A stretch of 64,000 nt of DNA from Candidatus Poribacteria bacterium (GTDB lineage: Bacteria > Poribacteria > WGA-4E > WGA-3G): positions 24,293 to 88,292 of the forward strand of contig JAJEIE010000022.1 of NCBI GenBank assembly GCA_022827625.1. The letters run 5' to 3'. Below the pieces are notes generated by a model. That model had not been told where the DNA came from. It did no database searches and saw nothing but the letters and a program-made list of their open reading frames with translations. Position 1 is the stretch's first letter. Each line of letters opens with the position of its first letter. Shown piece after piece: positions 31,956 to 40,346 of the stretch. The position numbers were made by a program, and so were the translations under genes.

Positions 31956-34775
31956 TTAATCGGCTGCTTTCAAATCCGCCCACGTTGCTGTAACTTTACC
32001 CGCTGCCGTGACGTTGCCACGCAGGTGCGTGGTTGCCAAGGTCGTGCGCTTGCCGTCAAGGGAGACATCCTCTATCTGATAGTAGTAAACAACGTTGGGT
32101 TTCGCGGTGGTGTCTTTCCACGCGTAGGTATGCTTCTCAGACGTCGTGCCGTGACCGGCGATGATACCTTTGACGTTGATGACTTTGAATTCACCGTCCT
32201 TCGTCTCGCTCCGCAGGATGTTGAAACCGGCGTTGTTCAACTCAGATTCGGTGATCCATCGGATAACGACTTCACCCGTGGCTTTGTCGCGGACAGGACG
32301 GAAACTTGAGAGATTCACCGGCAGCGGACTCCCTTCACGATGTCCAGGTGAGCCGACATCATCACGGTCTCCGTAGTAGCTACCGACGCTTTGTGCTACG
32401 ATCCAAGACGACGCCAGCGTGCCAGGATTCGCGTCATCTGGCGTGCCGTCAAACGCAGGCGTCCCGAACCCACGGAGGATCGAATAACGCATCGCACCAC
32501 CCGTCTCCGGCAATGCCCATTGCACAGTGCGACGTGGGCCGTCAAGCATGACGTTACCCGCCGCGTCTACCGCATTACCGTCTTTATCACGGAGCGTAAG
32601 GTGGAAACCTTCACTGCTCAGAAGCACGCTCTTACGCGCTGAGAGACCGAGAGCATTGCGATGCTTCTGATACAGGTTATAGAGGCGGTTTTCCACAACA
32701 TCGCTCGCGCTGCTACGGTCAGAGACCAACAACAGCGTCTGGTTCGGCAGAACCACCGCATCGTCATCAAACTTGAACTTCGCATCAACATAAGACTCGA
32801 CATCCGTGTCTATGTTACGAATCTCAAACTCCCAATCCTTCAGGGCCGCGGCTTCCGTCATGGATGAGTTGTAGAGTTCGATCCACTGCGCGAGATTTCT
32901 AGTGGGACCGGCGTCGTACATAATCTCACTGATAACGATTTCACCTGTGATGTTCGCCGGGTTATCTTTCAACCCATTGTTCGGATACCCCGGCGTTCCC
33001 GGAGCCATCGCATGTTCTACGTTCGGATCATAACCCAAACCGCCTCTGAATTGAACATTAGGTTCCCAATCATCCTTATGTAGACGATTTTCACGACTCT
33101 TTTGCTCTTTACGAGCGTATGTTCTACCCGTATTCAATTCAAGGCTTGAGTAACCCCAGCGTGCCTCCTGCGCAGCAGCAGTACCACGATTGTCAGGAAC
33201 CGTCCACCCTCTCAGGGGCCAGACATCTGTTACGATTGCTTCATTCTCCACGGTAATAAACTGATTACCGGCGATGTCTACAATCTTCTCATGATTGTTC
33301 CTATCGTTGCCGTTTCTCAAAACCAGCATGAATCCTTCTTCAAGCATCCACTGGTTGGTTTTTGAGCCATCAGGTTGCTCGTTGTCGCCAGCCGTTTCAC
33401 TGCCGGGTTCGATAACGATATAAAGGTGGTTTGCCCCCGCTGGGAACTTATCGTTATTGGTATCATAGAGATCCACACCGCCTGCTAAGATACTATCAGC
33501 CGGATCCTTGTTCGTAATAACAAGAAACCCTCCGGGAGGAATCTTCGTGTCCTTGTTTGGAATTGCAAAGACACGTCGTAGATTCGCTGTAAAGGGATAC
33601 GCCGCTTCCATTTCCCAATTTTTGATGTCCACTTCAGTATCGCCAGTGTTGTGGAGCTCAATCCACTGCAGACCGTCTTCGCTAAAAAAATCGATGCCGT
33701 TGAAAATCTCGTTGATGATGACGGTGCCGACGGGGAGGGAGGCAGGCAACGTCTCTGACACGACTTGACCGCCATAATCTTGCTGAACGGCGCCGGGGGT
33801 GCCAATGTAAGGACCATCCATATTAATGCGTCCGACGGATGCTGCCCAAGAATCCACTTCACTCCCATCGCCGAACGATTTGTCGGATTTATATTGGGCG
33901 CGAGTTTCGTTAAGGTCGCGCTTCCGATACATAGAGACGAGATTGGTAACGGGTTCACCATTAGAGCCCACAGCAGTCCGACCGCTGCCACCGGGAGGCT
34001 CCCACCGGTGTCCAAAACGGTTGATGAGACTCACACGGTCGACGACGTAGAATTTGTTCGCTTCCTCATGCACATCCGGATCAAAGTCATCACCACTGTC
34101 CTGACCCCTAACCACGTTTATTGGTTTACCAATCCGGTCTTCCATCACATTTTCAGTGAATACAAATGCATATCCAGAGGTTACCAATTTCTCTGCAGCG
34201 GCACTTGAGTGATCGTTGTAGATTTCAATCCACTGTTTGCTTGCTTGCTCTGCTCCGGTAGCTGCGAGATCAAGTCCCCACATGATTTCGGTAATTACGA
34301 ATCGATGACGTATGTTTTCCAAAGTCAGGTCGTCAGGATCAATGACGAATTGATGACCGCTGGGTTGCGAAGCAGGATTGACGCTTCCGAACTTGACTGC
34401 CAGTTCGATCGTGCCTCCGAAACGTAGAAGTTCTTCCAGATTAACGAAATCTTCGGAACCACTTTGAATCAAAGTAGGGTAGTCACTTGAAGCACCTGGT
34501 GGTGCTTGTATAAAGCCAAGTTCTGGGCCGGAAACTACTGCTGCTATTATTCCGTTACTCATTGCGACTCTTTCCCCACTAAGTCCAGATGGAAAATCAG
34601 CGGATTGTTCGATGTAGAATCCGTTCTGATCAATTGGGTCTGGCGTCAGAGTGGGAGCATATGTTGCCGACACTGATACAGTTCTACGTTGGGCGGCGGC
34701 TGGTGTTGCAGTGGAAATAAGTCCAACAATCAAGATTAGGAGAAGCGTTAAAGAAGTTTTGATTTTTGACGACAT
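31956..34775 (-). CDS. Large secreted protein with three lamin tail domains (LTD)
   Basis: Signal peptide; three LTD signatures ITEIMWGL...QWIEIYN, IINEIFNG...LQWIELHNTGDTEVDIKNWE, ISEIMYDAG...AQWIELYNSS...LKDWEF; RBS GGAGGA. Confidence 0.75.
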   Translation of the reverse strand: MSSKIKTSLTLLLILIVGLISTATPAAAQRRTVSVSATYAPTLTPDPIDQNGFYIEQSADFPSGLSGERVAMSNGIIAAVVSGPELGFIQAPPGASSDYPTLIQSGSEDFVNLEELLRFGGTIELAVKFGSVNPASQPSGHQFVIDPDDLTLENIRHRFVITEIMWGLDLAATGAEQASKQWIEIYNDHSSAAAEKLVTSGYAFVFTENVMEDRIGKPINVVRGQDSGDDFDPDVHEEANKFYVVDRVSLINRFGHRWEPPGGSGRTAVGSNGEPVTNLVSMYRKRDLNETRAQYKSDKSFGDGSEVDSWAASVGRINMDGPYIGTPGAVQQDYGGQVVSETLPASLPVGTVIINEIFNGIDFFSEDGLQWIELHNTGDTEVDIKNWEMEAAYPFTANLRRVFAIPNKDTKIPPGGFLVITNKDPADSILAGGVDLYDTNNDKFPAGANHLYIVIEPGSETAGDNEQPDGSKTNQWMLEEGFMLVLRNGNDRNNHEKIVDIAGNQFITVENEAIVTDVWPLRGWTVPDNRGTAAAQEARWGYSSLELNTGRTYARKEQKSRENRLHKDDWEPNVQFRGGLGYDPNVEHAMAPGTPGYPNNGLKDNPANITGEIVISEIMYDAGPTRNLAQWIELYNSSMTEAAALKDWEFEIRNIDTDVESYVDAKFKFDDDAVVLPNQTLLLVSDRSSASDVVENRLYNLYQKHRNALGLSARKSVLLSSEGFHLTLRDKDGNAVDAAGNVMLDGPRRTVQWALPETGGAMRYSILRGFGTPAFDGTPDDANPGTLASSWIVAQSVGSYYGDRDDVGSPGHREGSPLPVNLSSFRPVRDKATGEVVIRWITESELNNAGFNILRSETKDGEFKVINVKGIIAGHGTTSEKHTYAWKDTTAKPNVVYYYQIEDVSLDGKRTTLATTHLRGNVTAAGKVTATWADLKAAD

Positions 34776-34852
34776 TCGTAATTTCCTCCATTTAGATTCA
34801 AATTAGGGTAGATTTTAGAACTACTTAGACACGCCACACTGGCGAGTTTTGT

Positions 34853-34909
34853 CTGGATGCCCCAACTTGTTGGGGAGAACGCACTTTTCCCGAACAAGTT
34901 CGGGCATCC
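34853..34909. promoter_or_regulatory. Double palindrome / long hairpin in the upstream region of the LTD gene
   Basis: ggatgccccaacttgtt (34853-34869) pairs with aacaagttcgggcatcc (34893-34909) with one mismatch. Each half is also self-palindromic (CCCCAAC-TT-GTTGGGG, CCCGAAC-AA-GTTCGGG). Confidence 0.5.
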
Positions 34910-35562
34910 AAATGTGAACTTATTTCTATAATTCAAACTAAAAACACTATCTAACATCATGGAACGATAGGGCGATCGCTCCTTGATACCTTAAAAGAAG
35001 GCACGAACAGTAGGTATTGCACAAAAATAGCCTGCGCTGTACGACTTGAAAGGGAATAAAGTCGCATGGGCAGGCATGAAGAAAGCCACACGGCGGCACT
35101 CAGTGCTGCGGCTGTTGCGTGAAGTAATTTACGCTGCAATATACTTGTTATACGTGGAGTTGAAGGGGGGGGTAAATCGCTATCGCTGACCTAAAATAGA
35201 CACACTGACGACGTTTGACACCGATAATCTCTGAAAATCCGCAGAACTCGCGGAGACTCATCCAAAAGTGAAATCCACAGTCCCTTGCGGATTTGATAGC
35301 GGCTTTAAGAATAGACAGAACGCGTCTGTTCATGTGCATTACCCAAAAAAGAAAGGTCAGATGATGAAATTTTTGTAGGTTTCCCTAAATGTTCCTATGT
35401 TAATTATATGCGCTATTACGCAAAAAATCAATAAAAAATACAAAAATAATCAATAAATCAATAAACTAAGCAATTTTATGTTTATTTTTTTGGGGTTACC
35501 ATAAATCCGGGCTTCCGGATGTAAATTATTGGAAAACTATAGTAAGGTCACAAAATATGTGG

Positions 35563-35620
35563 ACACTTGTAGCACAAACTGTCAGTTTATGCATAGTGGG
35601 CACGCAAACTATGGTAAACC
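35563..35620 (-). repeat. Repeat family B copy 2 (second arm degenerate)
   Basis: acacttgtagcacaaactgtcagtttatgcatagtgggcacgcaaactatggtaaacc versus copy 1. Confidence 0.6.
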
Positions 35621-35669
35621 AGATAAATAAACAGACATTTCAATGAAGACCGGTTGCCCTGCTGCCGCT

Positions 35670-35691
35670 GGCGAGGTTTCCTAACCTCGCC
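35670..35691. repeat. Repeat family A, full palindrome with inverted loop (GGCGAGGTT-TCCT-AACCTCGCC)
   Basis: Identical arms to 5493-5514; flank gccgctggcga is the reverse complement of the tcgccagcRg flank of the other copies. Confidence 0.7.
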
Positions 35692-35805
35692 AACTCAGAG
35701 TATCCAATTAATTCTAAGGTCTACCATAAATGAAGTTTCAGAAAATATTTCGGTAATTGACGGGCAATAATGCACTTCGCATTTGGGCGAGTACGCCGCA
35801 GAATT

Positions 35806-35851
35806 GCCCTACTACAAACCAACCCGTTCGTAGTAGTGCGATTTATCGCAC
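35806..35851. repeat. Repeat family C copy 1 (nested palindromes)
   Basis: gccctactacaaacc aaccc gttcgtagtag tgcgatttatcgca. The second half matches the reverse complement of 47677-47704 (gggttcgtagtagggcgattcatcgccc). Confidence 0.6.
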
Positions 35852-35958
35852 GTTTGAAAATTACCGAATTAATAAATTAATCTTCATACAGTTTGCGGTA
35901 CAAAAGAGGTGTTCAGGTAATTCTAAAATCTACTATAAATGGCTCTGTATGTAACGGT

Positions 35959-35987
35959 TTGACATAGAACATGCTAACTGATATGAT
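35959..35987 (+). promoter_or_regulatory. sigma70-type promoter TTGACA-17-TATGAT
   Basis: TTGACA 35959-35964, 17-nt spacer, TATGAT 35982-35987; about 50 nt upstream of the ATG at 36042. Confidence 0.6.
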
Positions 35988-36041
35988 AATACGCAGGGAA
36001 TTAATTGAGGCACCGCTTTTGAGAAACAGAAAAGGAATATT

Positions 36042-38090
36042 ATGCAGAAGTCACGAATTGAAGGAAAAACGCATACGAATTCACTCGGTATGCAGTTCGT
36101 TAGCATTGAACCCGGCACCTTCACGATGGGTTCAGAGAACGCCGCATTATCGGATGAATTGACCGACGGAAAGGCACACCTCCGAGACGGCGATTGGGAC
36201 GAAAAGCCGGTGCATCGGGTAACACTCACCACGCCGTTTTATATCGGTATCTTTCAGGTTACCAATGCACAATATGAGCAATTCCAGCCTGCACACAGCA
36301 AACTCCGTGGCAAGCTCGATTTTTCACAAGACGATGACGAAGCAGTGGTGTTTGTGGATTGGCACGAGGCGACGCGCTTCTGTGAATGGCTCTCTGAAAA
36401 GGAAGGTCTGCCTTATCGACTACCGACCGAAGCCGAATGGGAATATGTGTGTCGAGCAGGCACAACGACCCATTTTCATACGGGCGACACCTTACCCGCT
36501 GCGTTTCACAAAAACGTCGGAGAGAGTTGGTATCCAGACGCTGGACGGAGCCGCGGGAGGGAAGAGGTAGTGCCGCTGCATGTCGGACAGACACCTCCTA
36601 ATGCCTGGGGTGTCCACGATATGCACGGAAATGTAGAGGAGTGGTGTCAAGATTGGTATGGACCTTATGACTCGCAGCCGCAAGTCGATCCGGTGGGTGC
36701 AGAAACAGGGTTATATCGCGTTACACGCGGTGGTAGCCATTCGACGTTGCTCTGTTATTTACGGTCTGCGAACCGGATGGCAGCAGTGCCTACAGACAAA
36801 CACTGGTACATCGGGTTTCGCATCGTTTGTGGTGAAATGCCTCAAACGCCGCCTACACCTGCCCCGAAGGTCGCACTGTGGGGACGGGATGTCAAACAGG
36901 AATCCATAGTAGAAAGAAAACCCCCCAGCCCTCCTTATCAAGGGGGTAAACGTAACGCACCCTATTTTGCGGAACCGTTGACGTTCGTTAAAATTCCGGA
37001 AGGTTCAAACGGTCCGCTCTTCTCAGCACACAACCATGTGCCATCAATCGTTGAATGCTCAAACGGTGATATGTTCGCGGCGTGGTATTCGTGTGTAACA
37101 GAACGGGGGCGCGAGTTGACGGTCGCCGCAAGTCGGTTGCGATTTGGCGAAACGGCATGGGATCCCGCCGAACCTTTCTGGGGTCCGCCCGATCGGAACA
37201 ATCACGCAACTGCTTTATGGCGAAACGAAAACGGACGGATTTATCATTTTAACGGACTGTCTGCTGCCGCGACGTGGGGCCCTTTGGCGTTGGTGATGCG
37301 CTATTCTGATGATAACGGCGTGACGTGGTCGAAACCTCGCTTTATCTCACCGGAGCATCGTCTCCGACACATGCCGATTACCGCTGTCTTCCGGCGGCGT
37401 AACGGTTCTATACTCCTCGCCTGCGATGCGGTGAGTGGCGGAAACGGTGGAACCGCGATATGGCTTAGCGACGACGATGACGAAACGTGGTACGATCCGG
37501 GTGCGGGGCAGTCTATCCCCGAATTTGCGGCGGGAAAAAGCGGTGGGTGGATTGCTGGTATACACGCTGCTGTTGTGGAACTCACGGATGGGAGGCTGCT
37601 GGCTTACGGTCGTGGTGATACTATTGATGGACGGATGCCAAAAAGCGTCTCCGCAGATGACGGCAAAACGTGGCACTACAGTGCAAGCCAATTTCCAGTG
37701 CTTTCGGGTGGACAGCGATGCGTCCTTTTGCGGCTTCAAGAGGGACCTATCTTCTTTGCATCGTTCACAGGCGATCGGAGGGAGCCGACACCCATGCCGA
37801 TTGTTGATGCCTCTGGAAACGAACGTTTCGTTACGGGACTCTTTAGTGCGTTGTCCTACGACGATGGTGAAACATGGGAACACATCCGTCCGATTACAGA
37901 CGATGGTGCAGACCGAGAGATTGAAACACTCGATGGGCGACCCTTTACGATGGGGTTAAACAGTGCTGAACCCTGCGGTTACCTCGCTGTTCACCAAGGG
38001 CAAAATGGGATCATCCACCTGATTAGCAGCCGTCAACATTATCAATTTAATCTTGCGTGGTTGCAAAAACTGCCGTCATCGAAAAATTAG
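36042..38090 (+). CDS. FGE/SUMF1-domain - BNR/sialidase-like beta-propeller fusion protein
   Basis: N-terminus HRVTLTTPFYIGIFQVTNAQYEQF, WEYVCRAG, NVEEWCQDWY, RVTRGGSH. C-terminal Asp-boxes SDDNGVTWS, SADDGKTWH, SYDDGETWE. Confidence 0.75.
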   Translation: MQKSRIEGKTHTNSLGMQFVSIEPGTFTMGSENAALSDELTDGKAHLRDGDWDEKPVHRVTLTTPFYIGIFQVTNAQYEQFQPAHSKLRGKLDFSQDDDEAVVFVDWHEATRFCEWLSEKEGLPYRLPTEAEWEYVCRAGTTTHFHTGDTLPAAFHKNVGESWYPDAGRSRGREEVVPLHVGQTPPNAWGVHDMHGNVEEWCQDWYGPYDSQPQVDPVGAETGLYRVTRGGSHSTLLCYLRSANRMAAVPTDKHWYIGFRIVCGEMPQTPPTPAPKVALWGRDVKQESIVERKPPSPPYQGGKRNAPYFAEPLTFVKIPEGSNGPLFSAHNHVPSIVECSNGDMFAAWYSCVTERGRELTVAASRLRFGETAWDPAEPFWGPPDRNNHATALWRNENGRIYHFNGLSAAATWGPLALVMRYSDDNGVTWSKPRFISPEHRLRHMPITAVFRRRNGSILLACDAVSGGNGGTAIWLSDDDDETWYDPGAGQSIPEFAAGKSGGWIAGIHAAVVELTDGRLLAYGRGDTIDGRMPKSVSADDGKTWHYSASQFPVLSGGQRCVLLRLQEGPIFFASFTGDRREPTPMPIVDASGNERFVTGLFSALSYDDGETWEHIRPITDDGADREIETLDGRPFTMGLNSAEPCGYLAVHQGQNGIIHLISSRQHYQFNLAWLQKLPSSKN

Positions 38091-38165
38091 AAAATTGTGA
38101 GTCCGATAAAGAGAATTTGGTGTGCATATTGCGAGTACGCGGTATTTCTACCGTTCACTTGGCAC

Positions 38166-38194
38166 TGCACAAACTAACAGTTTATGCTACAAAG
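38166..38194 (+). repeat. Repeat family B, half copy in inverted orientation
   Basis: cacaaactaacagtttatgctacaaag approximates the reverse complement of 1424-1450. Confidence 0.55.
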
Positions 38195-38205
38195 AAATTT
38201 CATCC

Positions 38206-38266
38206 ACTATAGGTGCTCAATGGTTTATGACTTCACCAGAAATCATTGTGGAACGTAGTGGAACAA
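38206..38266 (-). repeat. Repeat family E copy 3 (inverted relative to 9944/10148)
   Basis: cactataggtgctcaa...cttcaccagaaatcattgtggaacgtagtggaac aligns with the reverse complement of copy 1, with indels. Confidence 0.6.
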
Positions 38267-38290
38267 TGCCCAGAGTTAATAGTTAAAAAT

Positions 38291-39181
38291 ATGAAACTCC
38301 CCTTTTTACATCAAGAAGTAGAAATCAGTACCGATTTACGAGAAAGCAACGACCTCCTTGACGATCCGGATGCCTTGAAAGAACGGATAGCAACGGACGG
38401 CTATCTCCTGATCCGAGGGTTACATGACAAGGAGACAATCCTCACAGCGCGTCGACAAATCCTGGAGCAACTCGAAACAAAGGGTATGCTCGCCCCAGGT
38501 ACCGCTTTGATGGACGGTATCTTCAATCCGGATTATCCTGAACCGACATCTACCGGCTCAATGGGCAACAAAGCGTTTACGGAACTACCGGCATTTAAAG
38601 CAGTCGTCGAAGGTAAACCGGTGATGGATTTCTTCAAGCACTTCCTCGGTGGTGAGGCGCGGACGTTTGATTTCAAATGGCTTCGCACGGCGGGACCTGG
38701 GTCGGGTTCTCCGATTCATTATGACATCGTCTTTATGGGTAGAGGCACACAAGATCTCTACTCTTGTTGGACCCCTTTCGGCGATGTATCGCTTGATATG
38801 GGTCCAATTGTTTTTTGTCTCGGTTCTAACAGATTTGAAAAGGTCCGAGCGACTTACGGGCAGTCGGATGTCGATCGAGATCTCATTGAAGGACATTTCA
38901 GCGATAAACCGCTTGAAATCGTCGAGAAATTCGGTGGACATTGGGCGACAACAACGTTTTCGGCAGGCGATGTTATTATTTTTAGCATGTTCCTGATGCA
39001 CGCCTCCCTCGTTAATACATCCAACAAAATTCGGATAACTGCAGATACGCGGTATCAACTCGCCTCGGAACCGATTGACGAACGCTGGATCGGCAAAAAA
39101 CCGAAAGGGCACTACGCATGGAAACAGGAGAACGCGCACATCGAAGCCTTGGCGGAATCTCGAAAACGTTGGGGAGTTTAG
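38291..39181 (+). CDS. Phytanoyl-CoA dioxygenase (PhyH) family Fe(II)/2OG oxygenase
   Basis: HxD motif PIHYD, distal MHASLVN, R-x-T/S (RITADTRY). Track start 38246 is a TTG inside repeat E; ATG at 38291 preferred. Confidence 0.75.
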   Translation: MKLPFLHQEVEISTDLRESNDLLDDPDALKERIATDGYLLIRGLHDKETILTARRQILEQLETKGMLAPGTALMDGIFNPDYPEPTSTGSMGNKAFTELPAFKAVVEGKPVMDFFKHFLGGEARTFDFKWLRTAGPGSGSPIHYDIVFMGRGTQDLYSCWTPFGDVSLDMGPIVFCLGSNRFEKVRATYGQSDVDRDLIEGHFSDKPLEIVEKFGGHWATTTFSAGDVIIFSMFLMHASLVNTSNKIRITADTRYQLASEPIDERWIGKKPKGHYAWKQENAHIEALAESRKRWGV

Positions 39182-39263
39182 GGTTGGGGGACCTAGGGGA
39201 AACACCCAAGCAAAAACACCCCTACGAAAACTGTTCACATGTTTTTAGGACTTACTATATTTT

Positions 39264-40346
39264 ATGGATAACGATTCAATCACGCATAATACTCCCACAA
39301 CACCCAAACCCAGCAAATCCAACCTATTTGTTCCCTTCCTTCTCATCTTGCTCTGTGCGGTTGCGATCGGCTTCGGTATCAGATACTATAGAAGCACTCG
39401 TGGGGCGACGACCGACACACCCTGGGAGGTCTACTTTAGCGAAGTCAATGCTGGTGCTACTCACTATTCTCTCGAAAAACGACTCGTTGCGAGGCTCACT
39501 GATGCTGCCGCGCGAATTGATGCTGCGCTCTACGATCTGGATTCTGTGCCGGTAGCCGATGCTCTCATCGAAGCACATCGCCGTGGATGCCAAGTGCAAA
39601 TCTTCACTGAAACCGACAATATTGAAGAACAAATTCGACGATTACAAGCAGCTGGGATTCCTGTCATGGACGACAAAGATCCTGACAGTTATATGCACCA
39701 CAAGTTTGTCGTGATTGACGAACGATACGTCTGGACTGGCTCCTATAATACGACCTACAATGGCGCATATAAGAACAATAACAACGTTATACTCATCGAC
39801 TCAGTCCAACTTGCGTATAACTTCACACAGGAATTCCGAGAACTGTTTTTGCGTGAACAGGTTGGGAAATCCTCTGATAGGTCTGCGGTCTATTCACAGG
39901 TAACGTTGCGCGACGGGACGCAGATTGCCACCTATTTCTCACCAGACACTGACACCATCTCACCGCTCCTCAAGGAAATCCAGTCGGCGGAAAAGTCAAT
40001 CCATTTTATGGCGTTCTCTTTCACACACGATACACTCGGTGCTGCAATACGCGACCGCTTTGAAGCCGGTGTTGACGTGCAAGGTGTCTTTGAGAAACGA
40101 CAAGCGAATAACCGATACGCCGAATATAAAAGTATGAAGGATGCGGGGTTATCAGTGGTGCTGGATGCAAATAGAGGGGCTATGCATCACAAGGTAATTG
40201 TGATTGACGGAGAGACGGTGGTGACGGGGTCGTATAACTTCTCGAAAAATGCAGAAACCCGTAACTCTGAAAACCTCCTGATTATCAAAGGGAATCAGGA
40301 GATTGCAGGGGCTTATATAGCGGAGTTTCAGCGGATAACGCGTTAG
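39264..40346 (+). CDS. Membrane-anchored phospholipase D-family protein (two HKD motifs)
   Basis: N-terminal TM LFVPFLLILLCAVAIGFGI; HHKFVVIDERYVWTGSYN and HHKVIVIDGETVVTGSYN. Stop overlaps the convergent HtrA stop (TTAG at 40343-40346). Confidence 0.85.
   Translation: MDNDSITHNTPTTPKPSKSNLFVPFLLILLCAVAIGFGIRYYRSTRGATTDTPWEVYFSEVNAGATHYSLEKRLVARLTDAAARIDAALYDLDSVPVADALIEAHRRGCQVQIFTETDNIEEQIRRLQAAGIPVMDDKDPDSYMHHKFVVIDERYVWTGSYNTTYNGAYKNNNNVILIDSVQLAYNFTQEFRELFLREQVGKSSDRSAVYSQVTLRDGTQIATYFSPDTDTISPLLKEIQSAEKSIHFMAFSFTHDTLGAAIRDRFEAGVDVQGVFEKRQANNRYAEYKSMKDAGLSVVLDANRGAMHHKVIVIDGETVVTGSYNFSKNAETRNSENLLIIKGNQEIAGAYIAEFQRITR

Noticed and set aside
34748-35339. Three consecutive small minus-strand ORFs (60-70 aa), possibly a frameshifted pseudogene
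   Set aside because: They occupy three different frames, the first overlaps the LTD start codon region, there are no RBSs, and no segment resembles a transposase, RT or any family I know. I treated the region as non-coding, but a pseudogene cannot be fully excluded without database searches.
38585-39238. 217-aa minus-strand ORF
   Set aside because: Antisense to the PhyH gene, which has clear HxD/H motifs. Arg-rich nonsense-like composition.
39256-39266. Leaderless transcription of the PLD gene from TATATT just upstream of its ATG
   Set aside because: The -10-like hexamer ends only 2 nt before the ATG, too close for a TSS at the start codon. Co-transcription with PhyH is more likely.
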